64,000 bases of DNA from an uncultured Actinomycetes bacterium (GTDB taxonomy: Bacteria > Actinomycetota > UBA4738 > HRBIN12). Made by a program: the position numbers and the translations under genes. Under the pieces are notes generated by a model. That model was not told the DNA's origin, did no database searches, and was given only the letters and a program-made list of their open reading frames with translations. Shown one piece after another: positions 9,872 to 19,194 of this stretch (within the stretch, counting starts at the first letter, position 1; every line of letters starts with the position of its first letter). The stretch is from NCBI GenBank assembly GCA_963704725.1, contig OY969934.1, positions 1,760,001 through 1,824,000 on the forward strand, written 5' to 3'.

Positions 9872-11050
9872 TCAGGCTTGCTCCAGGACCAGGGCCGTGC
9901 CCTGCCCGCCCGAGACGCACAGCGTGGCGAGGCCGAGCGAGAGGCCCAGCTCGCGTAGCTCGTAGGCCAGCGTCAGGGTGACCCGGGCGCCCGACAGCCC
10001 GATGGGGTGGCCGACGGAGATCCCGCCGCCCTTCGTGTTCAGCTTGTCGCGGTCGAACTTCAGCTCCCGTTCGCACGCGATCACCTGCGCGGCGAACGCC
10101 TCGTTGAGCTCGATGCGATCCATGTCGGCGAGCGACAGGCCCGTACGCTCGAGGACCTTGTTGGTGGCCGGCACCGGGCCGATGCCCATGATCTCGGGGG
10201 GCACCCCGGCCGAGCTCATCCCGACGATCCGGGCCAGGACCGCTCGCCCCTCGGCACCGGCGCGCGACTCGCTCATCAGCACCATGGCCCCGGCGCCGTC
10301 CGTGAGCCCGCTCGAGTTGCCGGCGGTGACGCTGCCGTCGTCGCGGAACACCGGCTTCAGCTTCGCCAGGCCCTCCGGCGTCGTCTCGGGTCGCGGGTGC
10401 TCGTCCTGCGAGAGGGTGACGGTCCCCTTGCCCTTGGGGTCGGGGGCCTCCACCGGGAACATCTCGAGCGCCCGGCGGTCCTTGCCGGCCTCGGCCTTGC
10501 GCTGGGACTCGAGCGCGAACTCGTCCTGCTCCTGGCGGGAGATGCCGTACCGGTCGACGAGGTTCTCGGCGGTCTCGCCCATCACCAGGCCGCAGATCGG
10601 GTCGAGCAGCCCGTCGCGGTACATCCCGTCGTACACGGTCGCGTCGCCGAGCCGGTACCCGGACCGCATGCGGTCGAGGATGAAGGGCACCCGGGTCATG
10701 TTCTCCATGCCGCCCACGACCACCACCTCGGCCTCGCCGGTCATGATCTGCTGGGCGCCGAGGTGGACCGCCTTCATGCCCGAGGCGCAGGCCATGTTGA
10801 CGTTGAAGGCCGGAACGTCCGTGGGGATGCCCGCCTTCACCGAGACCTGACGGCCGGTGTTCGGCCCGTTGCCCGCCTGCCGGGCGTGGCCCATGATCGT
10901 CAGCTCGACCTGCTCGGGCTCGACCTCGGCCCGGCGGAGCGCCTCCCGAACCGCCAGCGCGCCGAGCTCGACCGCGGTGATCTCGCCGAACGAACCGAGG
11001 AACCGCCCGATCGGCGTCCTGGCGCCCTCGACGATGACCGCGCGCTCCAT
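9872..11050 (-). CDS. Acetyl-CoA C-acyltransferase (thiolase)
   Basis: ARTPIG, NMACASG, NEAFA, GHPIG, LCVSGGQG catalytic motifs. Confidence 0.93.
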   Translation of the reverse strand: MERAVIVEGARTPIGRFLGSFGEITAVELGALAVREALRRAEVEPEQVELTIMGHARQAGNGPNTGRQVSVKAGIPTDVPAFNVNMACASGMKAVHLGAQQIMTGEAEVVVVGGMENMTRVPFILDRMRSGYRLGDATVYDGMYRDGLLDPICGLVMGETAENLVDRYGISRQEQDEFALESQRKAEAGKDRRALEMFPVEAPDPKGKGTVTLSQDEHPRPETTPEGLAKLKPVFRDDGSVTAGNSSGLTDGAGAMVLMSESRAGAEGRAVLARIVGMSSAGVPPEIMGIGPVPATNKVLERTGLSLADMDRIELNEAFAAQVIACERELKFDRDKLNTKGGGISVGHPIGLSGARVTLTLAYELRELGLSLGLATLCVSGGQGTALVLEQA

Positions 11051-11062
11051 CGAGGACCCAGT

Positions 11063-12733
11063 CTAGCGGCCCGGGGAGGCGCGCCCGACGGAGGTGCCGG
11101 CCTCCACGAGGCGTTCGCGGCCGCCGGCCGCCGGTCGCAGGAGCACGAGGAGCCGCTGGAGGGCGGCGCCCGCGCCGACGGGCTCGGACAGCGGCCGATC
11201 GGTGGCCTCGATCCGAGGCCGGGTCCGCACGAGCCAGGACCGGAGCGCCGCGAGCTCGTCCGCGCGGTCGCGGGGACACGGCGAGGCGAGCGGCTCGTCG
11301 TCGGCGTCCCGCACGAGCGCGCCGCCGAGGAGCCGGAGCCGGTGGCCCTCGTCGTCCCGCAGGATGAGCTCGCCGGGCAGGAGGAGCCACGCGTCGGTCA
11401 TCGACCGGGCGAGCGCCTCGGCCAGCGCCCGGAGCCGCTCGCGCGCCAGCGCCGCCTCCTCGAAGCGCTCGTGCTCCGCGAGGGAGCGCATGCGGGCCTC
11501 GAGCGCCTCGAGGAGCCCGCCCGGCGTGGAGAGAGAGGAGATCAGGGACCGGACGAGCTCCCCGTAGCGCTCGGGGCCGATGCGCCCGTCGCACGGGGCG
11601 GCGCACCGGCCCATGTCGGCCAGCGCGCAGGGGGCGAACCGCGTCGTGGCCCGCATCGGCGTGGTGCACCGGCGGATCGCGGCGACGTCCTCGAGGGCCT
11701 CCTTGGCCAGGTGCGCGAGCTTCGACGACGGGAACGGGCCGAGGTGGACGCCGCCGCTCCGTGGTTCGCGGACCACCTTGAGCCGAGGGAACGCCTCAGA
11801 AGGGTCGAGCCGGAGGTACGCGTACCGCCGCCACGTCTTGCCCCGGCGGTTGAAGCGGGGCTCGTACCGGCGGATCAGCCGGGCCTCCAGGACGAGCGCC
11901 TCGATCTCCGAGCCGCACGGCAGCCCCTCGACCCTGGTCGTCTGGGCGAGGAGGTCCTCCACCTGCTTGCGCGAGTCCCCGTAGAAGTAGCTGCGGACCC
12001 GCGTGCGCAGGTCCTTCGACTTGCCGACGTAGAGCACCGAGCCGTCGCGCCCTCGGAACAGGTACACGCCGGCGGACCTGGGCAGGTGATCGGCGAGGCG
12101 GATCTTGCCGTAGTTGGGCCGGCCCCGGGCCCGAACGGCGGCGTGCAGCTCGCCGAGGGTGAGGATGCCGAGACGCCCGCCCAGCTCGAGCAGCCCGTGG
12201 AGCACCTCGGCGCAGGCCTCGGCGTCGGGGAGCGCGCGATGCGTCGGGCGCACGGCCGTGCGGAAGTACTCGGCCAGCGTGCGCAGCCGGACGTTCGGCA
12301 CGTCGGGCCACACGACGCGGCGGGCCAGGCGCGCCGTGCACACGGGCGGCGGGGGGAGCGGGTCGTAGTCGAGCCGGCTCAGCGCCACGTTGAGGAACGT
12401 GAAGTCGAAGCGGGCGTTGTGGGCTACGAAGACGCAGCCGCGGGCGAACTCGGCGAACGAGGGAAGCACCCACTCGATCGGCGGGGCCCCCGCCACGGCC
12501 GCGTCGTCGATCCCCGTGAGGTGCGTGATCTGACGGGGGATCGGCGTGCCCGGGTTGACGAGCGTCTCGAACACGCCGAGCCGCTCGCCGCCGCGGAACC
12601 GGACGGCGCCGATCTCGGTGATCCGCGAGTCGGCGGGGGAGCCGCCGGTCGTCTCGAGATCCACGACGACGAAGTCGACCTCGCCGAGCGGCACGCCGTC
12701 CTCGAGCGTGGTCTGGATGGCCTCGGCGAGCAC
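11063..12733 (-). CDS. DEDDh exonuclease fused to a UvrC-like GIY-YIG endonuclease (Rv2191-like)
   Basis: VVDLETTG, AHNARFD, HRALPDA, then GVYLF...LYVGKS.DLRTRVRSYF and a UVR coiled coil; start placed at GTG 12733 after GGGGAGG. Confidence 0.88.
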   Translation of the reverse strand: MLAEAIQTTLEDGVPLGEVDFVVVDLETTGGSPADSRITEIGAVRFRGGERLGVFETLVNPGTPIPRQITHLTGIDDAAVAGAPPIEWVLPSFAEFARGCVFVAHNARFDFTFLNVALSRLDYDPLPPPPVCTARLARRVVWPDVPNVRLRTLAEYFRTAVRPTHRALPDAEACAEVLHGLLELGGRLGILTLGELHAAVRARGRPNYGKIRLADHLPRSAGVYLFRGRDGSVLYVGKSKDLRTRVRSYFYGDSRKQVEDLLAQTTRVEGLPCGSEIEALVLEARLIRRYEPRFNRRGKTWRRYAYLRLDPSEAFPRLKVVREPRSGGVHLGPFPSSKLAHLAKEALEDVAAIRRCTTPMRATTRFAPCALADMGRCAAPCDGRIGPERYGELVRSLISSLSTPGGLLEALEARMRSLAEHERFEEAALARERLRALAEALARSMTDAWLLLPGELILRDDEGHRLRLLGGALVRDADDEPLASPCPRDRADELAALRSWLVRTRPRIEATDRPLSEPVGAGAALQRLLVLLRPAAGGRERLVEAGTSVGRASPGR

Positions 12734-12760
12734 CCGGTCCTGCCTCCCCTGCTGTTTCCC

Positions 12761-12804
12761 GGGGCTACGCTCGCTCGCGTGCGCTCGCTCGCTTCTTGAG
12801 CCCC
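12761..12804. repeat. 44-bp hairpin repeat, copy 1
   Basis: GGGGCTACGCTC-N9-CGCTCGCTCGCTTCTTGAGCCCC; matches 41069-41112 with identical spacing. Confidence 0.7.
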
Positions 12805-12833
12805 GCGGGGCCGCGAGGGCCACCGACCATACC

Positions 12834-12848
12834 CGAACAGGTGTTCGA
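12834..12848. promoter_or_regulatory. LexA (SOS) box in the promoter of the DEDD/UvrC gene
   Basis: CGAACAGGTGTTCGA; on the minus strand it lies between TTGACC (-35) and TATGGT (-10). Confidence 0.85.
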
Positions 12849-12874
12849 AGGTCAAGGGCTCGTAGGCTCGGACC

Positions 12875-13702
12875 ATGCGGTTCGCGGTGAGCGTTCCGAA
12901 CGTCGGCGACCTGGACACCCTGCTGGGGCTGGCGTCGGAGACCGAGGGTGCCGGGTGGGACGGGTTCTTCCTGTGGGACCACATCCGCTTCCTGCGGGGC
13001 GTGCCGGTCACGGTGTTCGACCCGTGGGTGGCCCTGGCCGCGATCGCGGAGCGCACCGAGAGGATCCGGATCGGCACGATGGTGACGCCCGTCCCGCGAC
13101 GCCGGCCGTGGAAGCTCGCCCGCGAGACGGTCACGCTCGATCACCTCTCGCGGGGCCGGCTGATCCTGGGCGTCGGTCTCGGCTACCCGCCGGACGCGGA
13201 GTTCGAGCTACTCGGCGAGGACCCCGACGACCGCGTCCGGGCGGCCAAGCTCGACGAGGGGCTCGAGGTGCTGACGCGGCTGTGGAGCGGCGAGGTCGTC
13301 GACTTCGAGGGAGAGCACTTCCGCGTCCGGGATACGCAGTTCCTCCCGGCGCCCCTGCAGCGGCCGCGGATCCCGATCTGGGTCGCCGGCGTGTGGCCGA
13401 CGCGCCGGCCGTTCCGTCGCGCCGCCAGGTGGGACGGTGTCTTCCCGCACGGATACGAGGACGACGGGAGCCTGCGCCCCCTGCGGCCGGAGGAGTTCCC
13501 GGCGATGCTCGGCTACGTCACCGCGCAACGGGAGACGGACGGGCCGTTCGACGTCCTCGCCTCCGGCGTGGCCGACGGCGATCCGGCGGTGGTCGAGCCC
13601 TTCGACCAGGCGGGCGCGACGTGGTGGGTGGAGTCGGACGAGGGCGCGCCGGGGTGGCAGGAGCGGATGCTCGAGCGGATCCGGTCTGGGCCGCCGAGGT
13701 AG
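12875..13702 (+). CDS. LLM-class flavin-dependent oxidoreductase
   Basis: GWDGFFLWDH, DPWVALAAIA, TLDHLSRGRLILGVGLG, PRIPIWVAG. Confidence 0.88.
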   Translation: MRFAVSVPNVGDLDTLLGLASETEGAGWDGFFLWDHIRFLRGVPVTVFDPWVALAAIAERTERIRIGTMVTPVPRRRPWKLARETVTLDHLSRGRLILGVGLGYPPDAEFELLGEDPDDRVRAAKLDEGLEVLTRLWSGEVVDFEGEHFRVRDTQFLPAPLQRPRIPIWVAGVWPTRRPFRRAARWDGVFPHGYEDDGSLRPLRPEEFPAMLGYVTAQRETDGPFDVLASGVADGDPAVVEPFDQAGATWWVESDEGAPGWQERMLERIRSGPPR

Positions 13703-13714
13703 CGACGCGCCCCG

Positions 13715-14299
13715 TCAGCCCGCGGGGAAGAGCTCGTCTTCGACGAGGAACGCGATCAGCTGGCCGATCGCGATGTGCGCCTCCTGGATGTGCGAGGTCT
13801 CCGCGCTCGGCACCTCGATGACGACGTCGGCGAGCGAGGCCAGGCGCCCGCCGTCCTTCCCGGTGAGCGCGATCGTCCGGAGCCCTCGCCGCCGGCCCTC
13901 GTCGAGCGCGCGCACCACGTTCTCGGAGTTGCCGCTGGTGGAGATCCCGAGGAGCACGTCGCCCTCCCGGCCGAGTGCCTCGACCTGCCGCGCGAACACG
14001 CCGTCGAACCCGAAGTCGTTCGAGATGGCCGTGAGCATCGAGGTGTCGGTGGTGAGGGCGAGGGCGGGGATGGCCCCGCGCCGTCGGTCCACGGTCAGCG
14101 TGCTGACGAACTCGGTGGCCAGGTGCTGCGCATCGCCCGCGCTCCCGCCGTTCCCGCAGATCAGGAGCTTGCCGCCCCGCCGCACCGAGCCGGCGATGGC
14201 CGCCGCGGCGTGCAGGATCGTCCCGGCGCACGCGTCGGCCGTCCTGGCCGCGACCGCAGAGGTCTCGAGGAGGTAGTCGCGGACCCGCTCGGCGGTCAC
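13715..14299 (-). CDS. gmhA: Sedoheptulose-7-phosphate isomerase
   Basis: CGNGGSAGDAQH, NDFGF..VFARQV, ISTSGNS, HIQEAH. Confidence 0.92.
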   Translation of the reverse strand: MTAERVRDYLLETSAVAARTADACAGTILHAAAAIAGSVRRGGKLLICGNGGSAGDAQHLATEFVSTLTVDRRRGAIPALALTTDTSMLTAISNDFGFDGVFARQVEALGREGDVLLGISTSGNSENVVRALDEGRRRGLRTIALTGKDGGRLASLADVVIEVPSAETSHIQEAHIAIGQLIAFLVEDELFPAG

Positions 14300-14862
14300 G
14301 TCCCGGCCCCGGCGAGGACCTCGACACGGATCACGTCCACCGCGGCCTGGAGGTTGGCGACCACGTGGTCGGCGAACGGCTCGGCGGCGGCGCGTTCCTC
14401 CTGGCCGTGGCCGGTGAGGACGAACACCGTGCGCGCCCCGACGGCCCGGCCCATCGCCATGTCGCCGGCGTGGTCGCCGACGACGAACGCCTCGGCCGGG
14501 TCGAACCCGAACGTCGCCGAGGCGCGCTCGACCATGCCGGTCGCCGGCTTGCGGCAGCGGCAGCCGGTGCCAGGCGCGTGTGGGCAGTGCTCGATCCCGT
14601 CGAGGTCGGCCCCCTCGGCCTGCAGGAGCTCGCGCAGGCGACGGTGCACCGCCTCCAGCTCGTCCTCGGTGATCCAGCCCCGTCCGACCGGGGACTGGTT
14701 CGTCACCACGAGGACCCCGAGGCCGAGCTCGCGCAGGCGACGGATCGCGTCGGCCGCGCCGGGGATCAATCTGAGCTCCGCGGGCGACAGGACGTAGCCG
14801 ACCTCCTCGTTGATCGTGCCGTCGCGGTCGAGCAGGACGAAGCGACTCACGAGGGTCGCCAC
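14296..14862 (-). CDS. gmhB: Heptose 1,7-bisphosphate phosphatase (HAD); alternative start GTG 14850
   Basis: LDRDGTIN, VTNQS, CPH...CRCRKPATGM, VVGD. Confidence 0.9.
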   Translation of the reverse strand: MATLVSRFVLLDRDGTINEEVGYVLSPAELRLIPGAADAIRRLRELGLGVLVVTNQSPVGRGWITEDELEAVHRRLRELLQAEGADLDGIEHCPHAPGTGCRCRKPATGMVERASATFGFDPAEAFVVGDHAGDMAMGRAVGARTVFVLTGHGQEERAAAEPFADHVVANLQAAVDVIRVEVLAGAGT

Positions 14863-15884
14863 ACCCCCTGCGGGGTCGCGGCCTCCACCCCGTGGTCCCG
14901 GAACGCGAAGTCGGCGATGCGGCCGCCGTGGGCCTCGAGCGCCGCGCCGACGGACTCGCGGCGGTCGGGGTCGCAGGCCAGGAGGAGGTAGCCTCCGCCT
15001 CCCGCGCCGCAGATCTTGCCGCCCGCCGCCCCCGCCGTGTGCGCCACGTCGAGCAGAGCCTCGACCGGCGTCCCCTCAGCGATGTGCGGGTTCATGCGCT
15101 TCTTGCTCTCGTAGGCCTCGCGCAGCAGGCCCCCGAGGCTTCGCACGTCCACGGCCTCGATGGCCTCCCGCATCTCGTACGCCATCTCGTGGAGCTGCTT
15201 CATCCCGACGATGGTCTCCTCGCGCCCCTCCGCGTACATGCGGATCTGCGTGTCGATCAGGCCGAGGTCCGTGCGGACGTGACCCGTGTAGCACAGGAGC
15301 AGATGCGACCGGAGCTCGGCGACGGCCGGCTCGCCGAGCGACAGGGGCGTCACCGACACCCCGTCGGGCCCGAACTCCAGGAGGTTGAACCCGCCGAAGG
15401 CCGCCGCGTACTGGTCCTGCCATCCGCCGGCGATGCCGAGGTCCTCGCGCTCGATCGCGTACGCGATGCGCGCAACGTCGGGCGCCGACATGGTCCGCCC
15501 CTCGAGCGCGGCGAGCGCCCCGACGCACGCCGTGACGAGCGCGCTCGACCCGCCCAGGCCGCTGCCCGGCGGGGCGTCGGAGGCGATGCCGACGTCGATC
15601 CCTGCCGCCGCCCCCACGCGTTCGATCGCGGCCTTCGGCAGGTCCAGGAACCCGTCGTACTCGGGGCCCCGCTCCAGCCCGTACTCGACGCGGTGGCCGA
15701 GGTCGAGCGACCGGATCGTGACGCGACGGTCGTCGCGGCGGGAGACGTCCACGCGCGCGCAGCGGTCGATCGTGGCAGAGACCACGGCGCCCCCGTGTCG
15801 CTCGTAGTAGTGGGGGAAGTCGGTGCCGCCGCCCACGAAGCTGATCCGGAGCGGCGCCGTCGCGCGCACGGTCGGCGTGGTCAT
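14847..15884 (-). CDS. hddA: D-glycero-alpha-D-manno-heptose-7-phosphate kinase (GHMP family)
   Basis: APLRISFVGGGTD, PPGSGLGGSS, GWQDQYAAAFGG, KICGAGGGG. Confidence 0.85.
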   Translation of the reverse strand: MTTPTVRATAPLRISFVGGGTDFPHYYERHGGAVVSATIDRCARVDVSRRDDRRVTIRSLDLGHRVEYGLERGPEYDGFLDLPKAAIERVGAAAGIDVGIASDAPPGSGLGGSSALVTACVGALAALEGRTMSAPDVARIAYAIEREDLGIAGGWQDQYAAAFGGFNLLEFGPDGVSVTPLSLGEPAVAELRSHLLLCYTGHVRTDLGLIDTQIRMYAEGREETIVGMKQLHEMAYEMREAIEAVDVRSLGGLLREAYESKKRMNPHIAEGTPVEALLDVAHTAGAAGGKICGAGGGGYLLLACDPDRRESVGAALEAHGGRIADFAFRDHGVEAATPQGVWRPS

Positions 15885-15964
15885 CGGCCCGCCAGTATGG
15901 TCGTGCGCGGACGGCCGTGACCATCCGGTCCGCTGGCCCGATCCGCCGGGGCGGAGCGCCGGGC

Positions 15965-16243
15965 TCAGGCCACGAAGCGAACGAGCCGGCGGCGCTGCTG
16001 CTCGGTCAGGCCGCCCCACACGCCGTAGCGCTCGCCGTTCTTGAGCGCCCAGGCCAGGCACATCTCCCGGATCCCGCAGGCGCCGCAGAAGGCCAGCGCC
16101 GGCCCCGCCTCCTCCTCGGAGGTCGGGAAGAACAGATCCGGGTCGATGCCGTAGCAGGCCGCTCGGTCCTGCCACATGTCCGGGGGAGAAGGGTTGGTGG
16201 GGAGGGTTCTCACGTCGATGCCGGCGATCCGTTCCTTGCTCAC
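15965..16243 (-). CDS. WhiB family Fe-S transcriptional regulator
   Basis: WQDRAAC...DLFFP...CGAC...C...GVWGGLTE; GTG after AGGAG. Confidence 0.92.
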   Translation of the reverse strand: MSKERIAGIDVRTLPTNPSPPDMWQDRAACYGIDPDLFFPTSEEEAGPALAFCGACGIREMCLAWALKNGERYGVWGGLTEQQRRRLVRFVA

Positions 16244-16378
16244 GCGTTGCTCCTGCCTCGAAGGACGCCACCCCCGGGCTCGTGTGAAGCGCGCCACCGG
16301 GTACTGCCGTTTGTAGCAACCCGGGGCCGGTGGAAAACAGTCTTGAAAACTCCCGAACGGAGTAGTAGGCGGGCCGCC

Positions 16379-17239
16379 TCAGCGACGCCGAAGGCGAGCG
16401 CCCGACGCCGACGCGAGCGCGCCCCCGCGAGCCACCCACGCGACCCGGGCGATGCCCACGGTCCCGGCCGCGCTCGTGATCACGCCCACGGCGCGGCCGC
16501 CGGCCACGATCTCCTCGCCGGATCGGATCGGCAGGTCCGAGTCCACGGGGACGACGACGCGGGTGGGGTGGCCGAGGTTCGCCACCCGGGCGATCGACTC
16601 CTGGCCGAGGAAGCATCCCTTGGCGCGGTCCGTCACCGGCGCCTCGTCCCACCCGGCCTCGCCGGGCAGGGAGCTCGCGTCGAGATCGGTGGGGAAGCGC
16701 GGCTCGCCCCGCGCGATCCGGCGGGCCTCGACGGCCCCCTCCGTGGCGGTCACGAGCCCCTCGCCGGCCAGCCGAGCGCGGGCCCCGGGACCGGCCTCCT
16801 CGTCGACCAGCAGGTCGAGCCCGCCGCCGAGGATCGACGGACGTGACGGCTCCGCCAGGCCCGGAGGCGCCTGGGTGAGACCGGGCAGCGCGAACACCCG
16901 GGCCGCGGCCGTCCGCAGCTCGACCACCGACGAGAGCACGTACGGAGCGAGGAGGTCGGCGACCGGATCGGGCTGATGGGACCCCTGGACCAGCAGGAAG
17001 GCGTCCCCGGCGAGGCCGAGGACGTGGAAGGCGGCCCGGATGCGTCCCGTCGGCGTGAGCAGGAGGGACGGCCGCGACCGGCCTGGCCCGAGGGAGGCGA
17101 CGTCCGTCGTGACGAGGTCGTTCAGCCAGGCGCGGGCATCGTCGCCGCCGACGCGGGTGATCCGCAGGCCCTCCGGCTCGGCGTAGGCGAGCCCGGCGTC
17201 GAGGGCGTGTGCCTGTGCCTCGAACGTGGTCGTGCCCAC
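16379..17239 (-). CDS. ygfZ: Folate-binding protein YgfZ family
   Basis: GDDARAWLNDLVT, LTPTGRI and the KGCFLGQE signature. Confidence 0.82.
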   Translation of the reverse strand: MGTTTFEAQAHALDAGLAYAEPEGLRITRVGGDDARAWLNDLVTTDVASLGPGRSRPSLLLTPTGRIRAAFHVLGLAGDAFLLVQGSHQPDPVADLLAPYVLSSVVELRTAAARVFALPGLTQAPPGLAEPSRPSILGGGLDLLVDEEAGPGARARLAGEGLVTATEGAVEARRIARGEPRFPTDLDASSLPGEAGWDEAPVTDRAKGCFLGQESIARVANLGHPTRVVVPVDSDLPIRSGEEIVAGGRAVGVITSAAGTVGIARVAWVARGGALASASGARLRRR

Positions 17240-17253
17240 CTCTGCAAGGATAG

Positions 17254-18393
17254 GTGCTCGTGGACGTGCCGCGGACGCTGGTCGTGAGCAACGACTACCC
17301 GCCGCGCGTCGGCGGGATCCAGCGCACGCTCGAGGCGCTCGTCCGCCAGCTCCCGCAGGACCGCGTCGCCGTGCTGTGTCCGGCGTGGGAGGGAGCCGGA
17401 TCCTTCGACGCCGACGCCGGCTACCGGGTGTTCCGGCAGCCCGAGCGCTTCCTGTGGCCGACGCCGGACGCCGGGCGGCGGATCCGGGCCGCGGTCGCGG
17501 AGTTCGGCGCGGACGTCGTGCTGTTCGGCGCGACCTATCCGCTCGCGGTCCTCGGTCCGAGGGTGGCCAGGCGCGGCACACCGTACCTGGCGGCCGCCCA
17601 CGGCTTCGAGTACTGGTTGTCGATCGCGCCCGGCGCGCACGCGCTGATGCGGCGGGCGACGTCCCGGGCCTCTCGCGTCCCCGTCATGTGCAGCGCGTTC
17701 ATCGCGCGGGTGGTTCGCACGGCGGTCGCGGACGACGTCCCGGTCTCCGTGCTGTATCCGGGGGCCGACGCCGACGCGTTCCATCCCGATCTGCCCTTCG
17801 AGGACCTCCGGGCGCGCCACGGCCTCGCGGATCGCCCGGTGGTCGTGTGTGTCAGCCGGCTGGTACCCCGCAAGGGTCAGGACGTGCTGATCCGGGCCAT
17901 GCCGCTGGTGCGGCGACGCGTTCCGGACGCCGCCCTGCTGATCGTCGGGGACGGCCCGTACCGGGGCGAGCTCGAGACGATGGCGCAGGGGGAGCCGCCC
18001 GGCACCGTCGTGCTGACCGGCCAGGTCTCGGAGGCGGACCTGCCCCGCTACTACCGTGCCGGCGACGTGTTCGCCATGCCGTGCCGGACCCGCCGCGGCG
18101 GGCTCGAGGTGGAGGGCTGGGGCAACGTCTTCATCGAGGCGGCGGCGTGCGCGCGTCCCGTCGTGGTGGGGGACTCGGGCGGGGCGCGCGAGGCGCTCGT
18201 GGACGGCGCGACGGGCCTGCTCGTGGACGGCTCGGACGTCGGGGCGGTGGCCGACGCCGTGGCCGGCCTCCTCGAGGACCCGGCGCGGGCCCGCGCTATG
18301 GGCGCGGCGGGGCGGGCGCGCGTGGAGCGGCACTTCACCTGGGATCGGGCCGCCGGACAGCTCGCGGGATGGCTGCGGGAGGCGGTGACGTAG
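17254..18393 (+). CDS. Glycosyltransferase family 4 (PimB'-like)
   Basis: NDYPPRVGGIQ, VSRLVPRKGQD, EGWGNVFIEA, GDSGGA. Confidence 0.88.
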   Translation: MLVDVPRTLVVSNDYPPRVGGIQRTLEALVRQLPQDRVAVLCPAWEGAGSFDADAGYRVFRQPERFLWPTPDAGRRIRAAVAEFGADVVLFGATYPLAVLGPRVARRGTPYLAAAHGFEYWLSIAPGAHALMRRATSRASRVPVMCSAFIARVVRTAVADDVPVSVLYPGADADAFHPDLPFEDLRARHGLADRPVVVCVSRLVPRKGQDVLIRAMPLVRRRVPDAALLIVGDGPYRGELETMAQGEPPGTVVLTGQVSEADLPRYYRAGDVFAMPCRTRRGGLEVEGWGNVFIEAAACARPVVVGDSGGAREALVDGATGLLVDGSDVGAVADAVAGLLEDPARARAMGAAGRARVERHFTWDRAAGQLAGWLREAVT

Positions 18394-18468
18394 CTCAAGC
18401 CCCGGGCGCTCGGAGCCGAACCTGGCTGTGTGGCCGGATCCACCGCGCCCGGGCGTTACCCTGCTCGT

Positions 18469-19182
18469 GTGAGCGCGGATGCGCGCTGCCCGAGCTGCGG
18501 CGGGCTGGTCGCCCCGGACGCGGAGTGGTGCGGCCAGTGCTTCGCGAAGCTCGGCACCGGGGAGCCCTCGCCACCCGCCGCTCCCGACCTGCCGTCGGCG
18601 CCGGAGACGGGAGGTGAGGCCTCGAAGACCGGACCCGTCTCGGGAGCCCCGTCCGCGTCGCTCGCCACGCCGGGGGGTGGCGCCCTCGAGGTGACCTCGG
18701 GGGAGGCGACCTGGGACTGCCCGGTCTGCGGGGAGCGCAACGCGCTCCAGGCGAGCGTATGCGGCGTATGTGAGACGCCGTTCGCCCGGCTCTTCGAGCG
18801 GCCCACGGAGCGCCCCCAGGTGCCCCCGCGGACCGCGGCGATGTGGTCGCTCGCGTTCGCCGGTCTCGGGCACTGGAAGTCGGGGCACCGGGCCGACGGC
18901 GTGGCGCGCATCGTCCTGTTCGCCTGGACCCTGGGGACCGTGCTCGTCATCTTGCTGTCGCTTCCGGACGGCGGCGGGTTCGGCCGGGCCGGCCAGCTGT
19001 TCGTCCTGTACCTCGCGGCCACGGCATCGGTCTACGTCGAGTCCGCCGTGGATGCCGCCCGCGTCGCCGGGGGGCGTCCGCCGATGGTGTCGTCGCGAAC
19101 CCTCCTGTGGTGGTCGGCGGGCCTGGTGCTGTTGTCGATCGTCCTGGCGACGTTCGTCACCCTGCCGGCCGCGCGTGGGTAG
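18469..19182 (+). CDS. Double zinc-ribbon membrane protein
   Basis: CPSC...CGQC, WDCPVCGERNALQASVCGVC and several C-terminal hydrophobic helices. Confidence 0.7.
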   Translation: MSADARCPSCGGLVAPDAEWCGQCFAKLGTGEPSPPAAPDLPSAPETGGEASKTGPVSGAPSASLATPGGGALEVTSGEATWDCPVCGERNALQASVCGVCETPFARLFERPTERPQVPPRTAAMWSLAFAGLGHWKSGHRADGVARIVLFAWTLGTVLVILLSLPDGGGFGRAGQLFVLYLAATASVYVESAVDAARVAGGRPPMVSSRTLLWWSAGLVLLSIVLATFVTLPAARG

Positions 19183-19194
19183 CATCTGTCCGCG

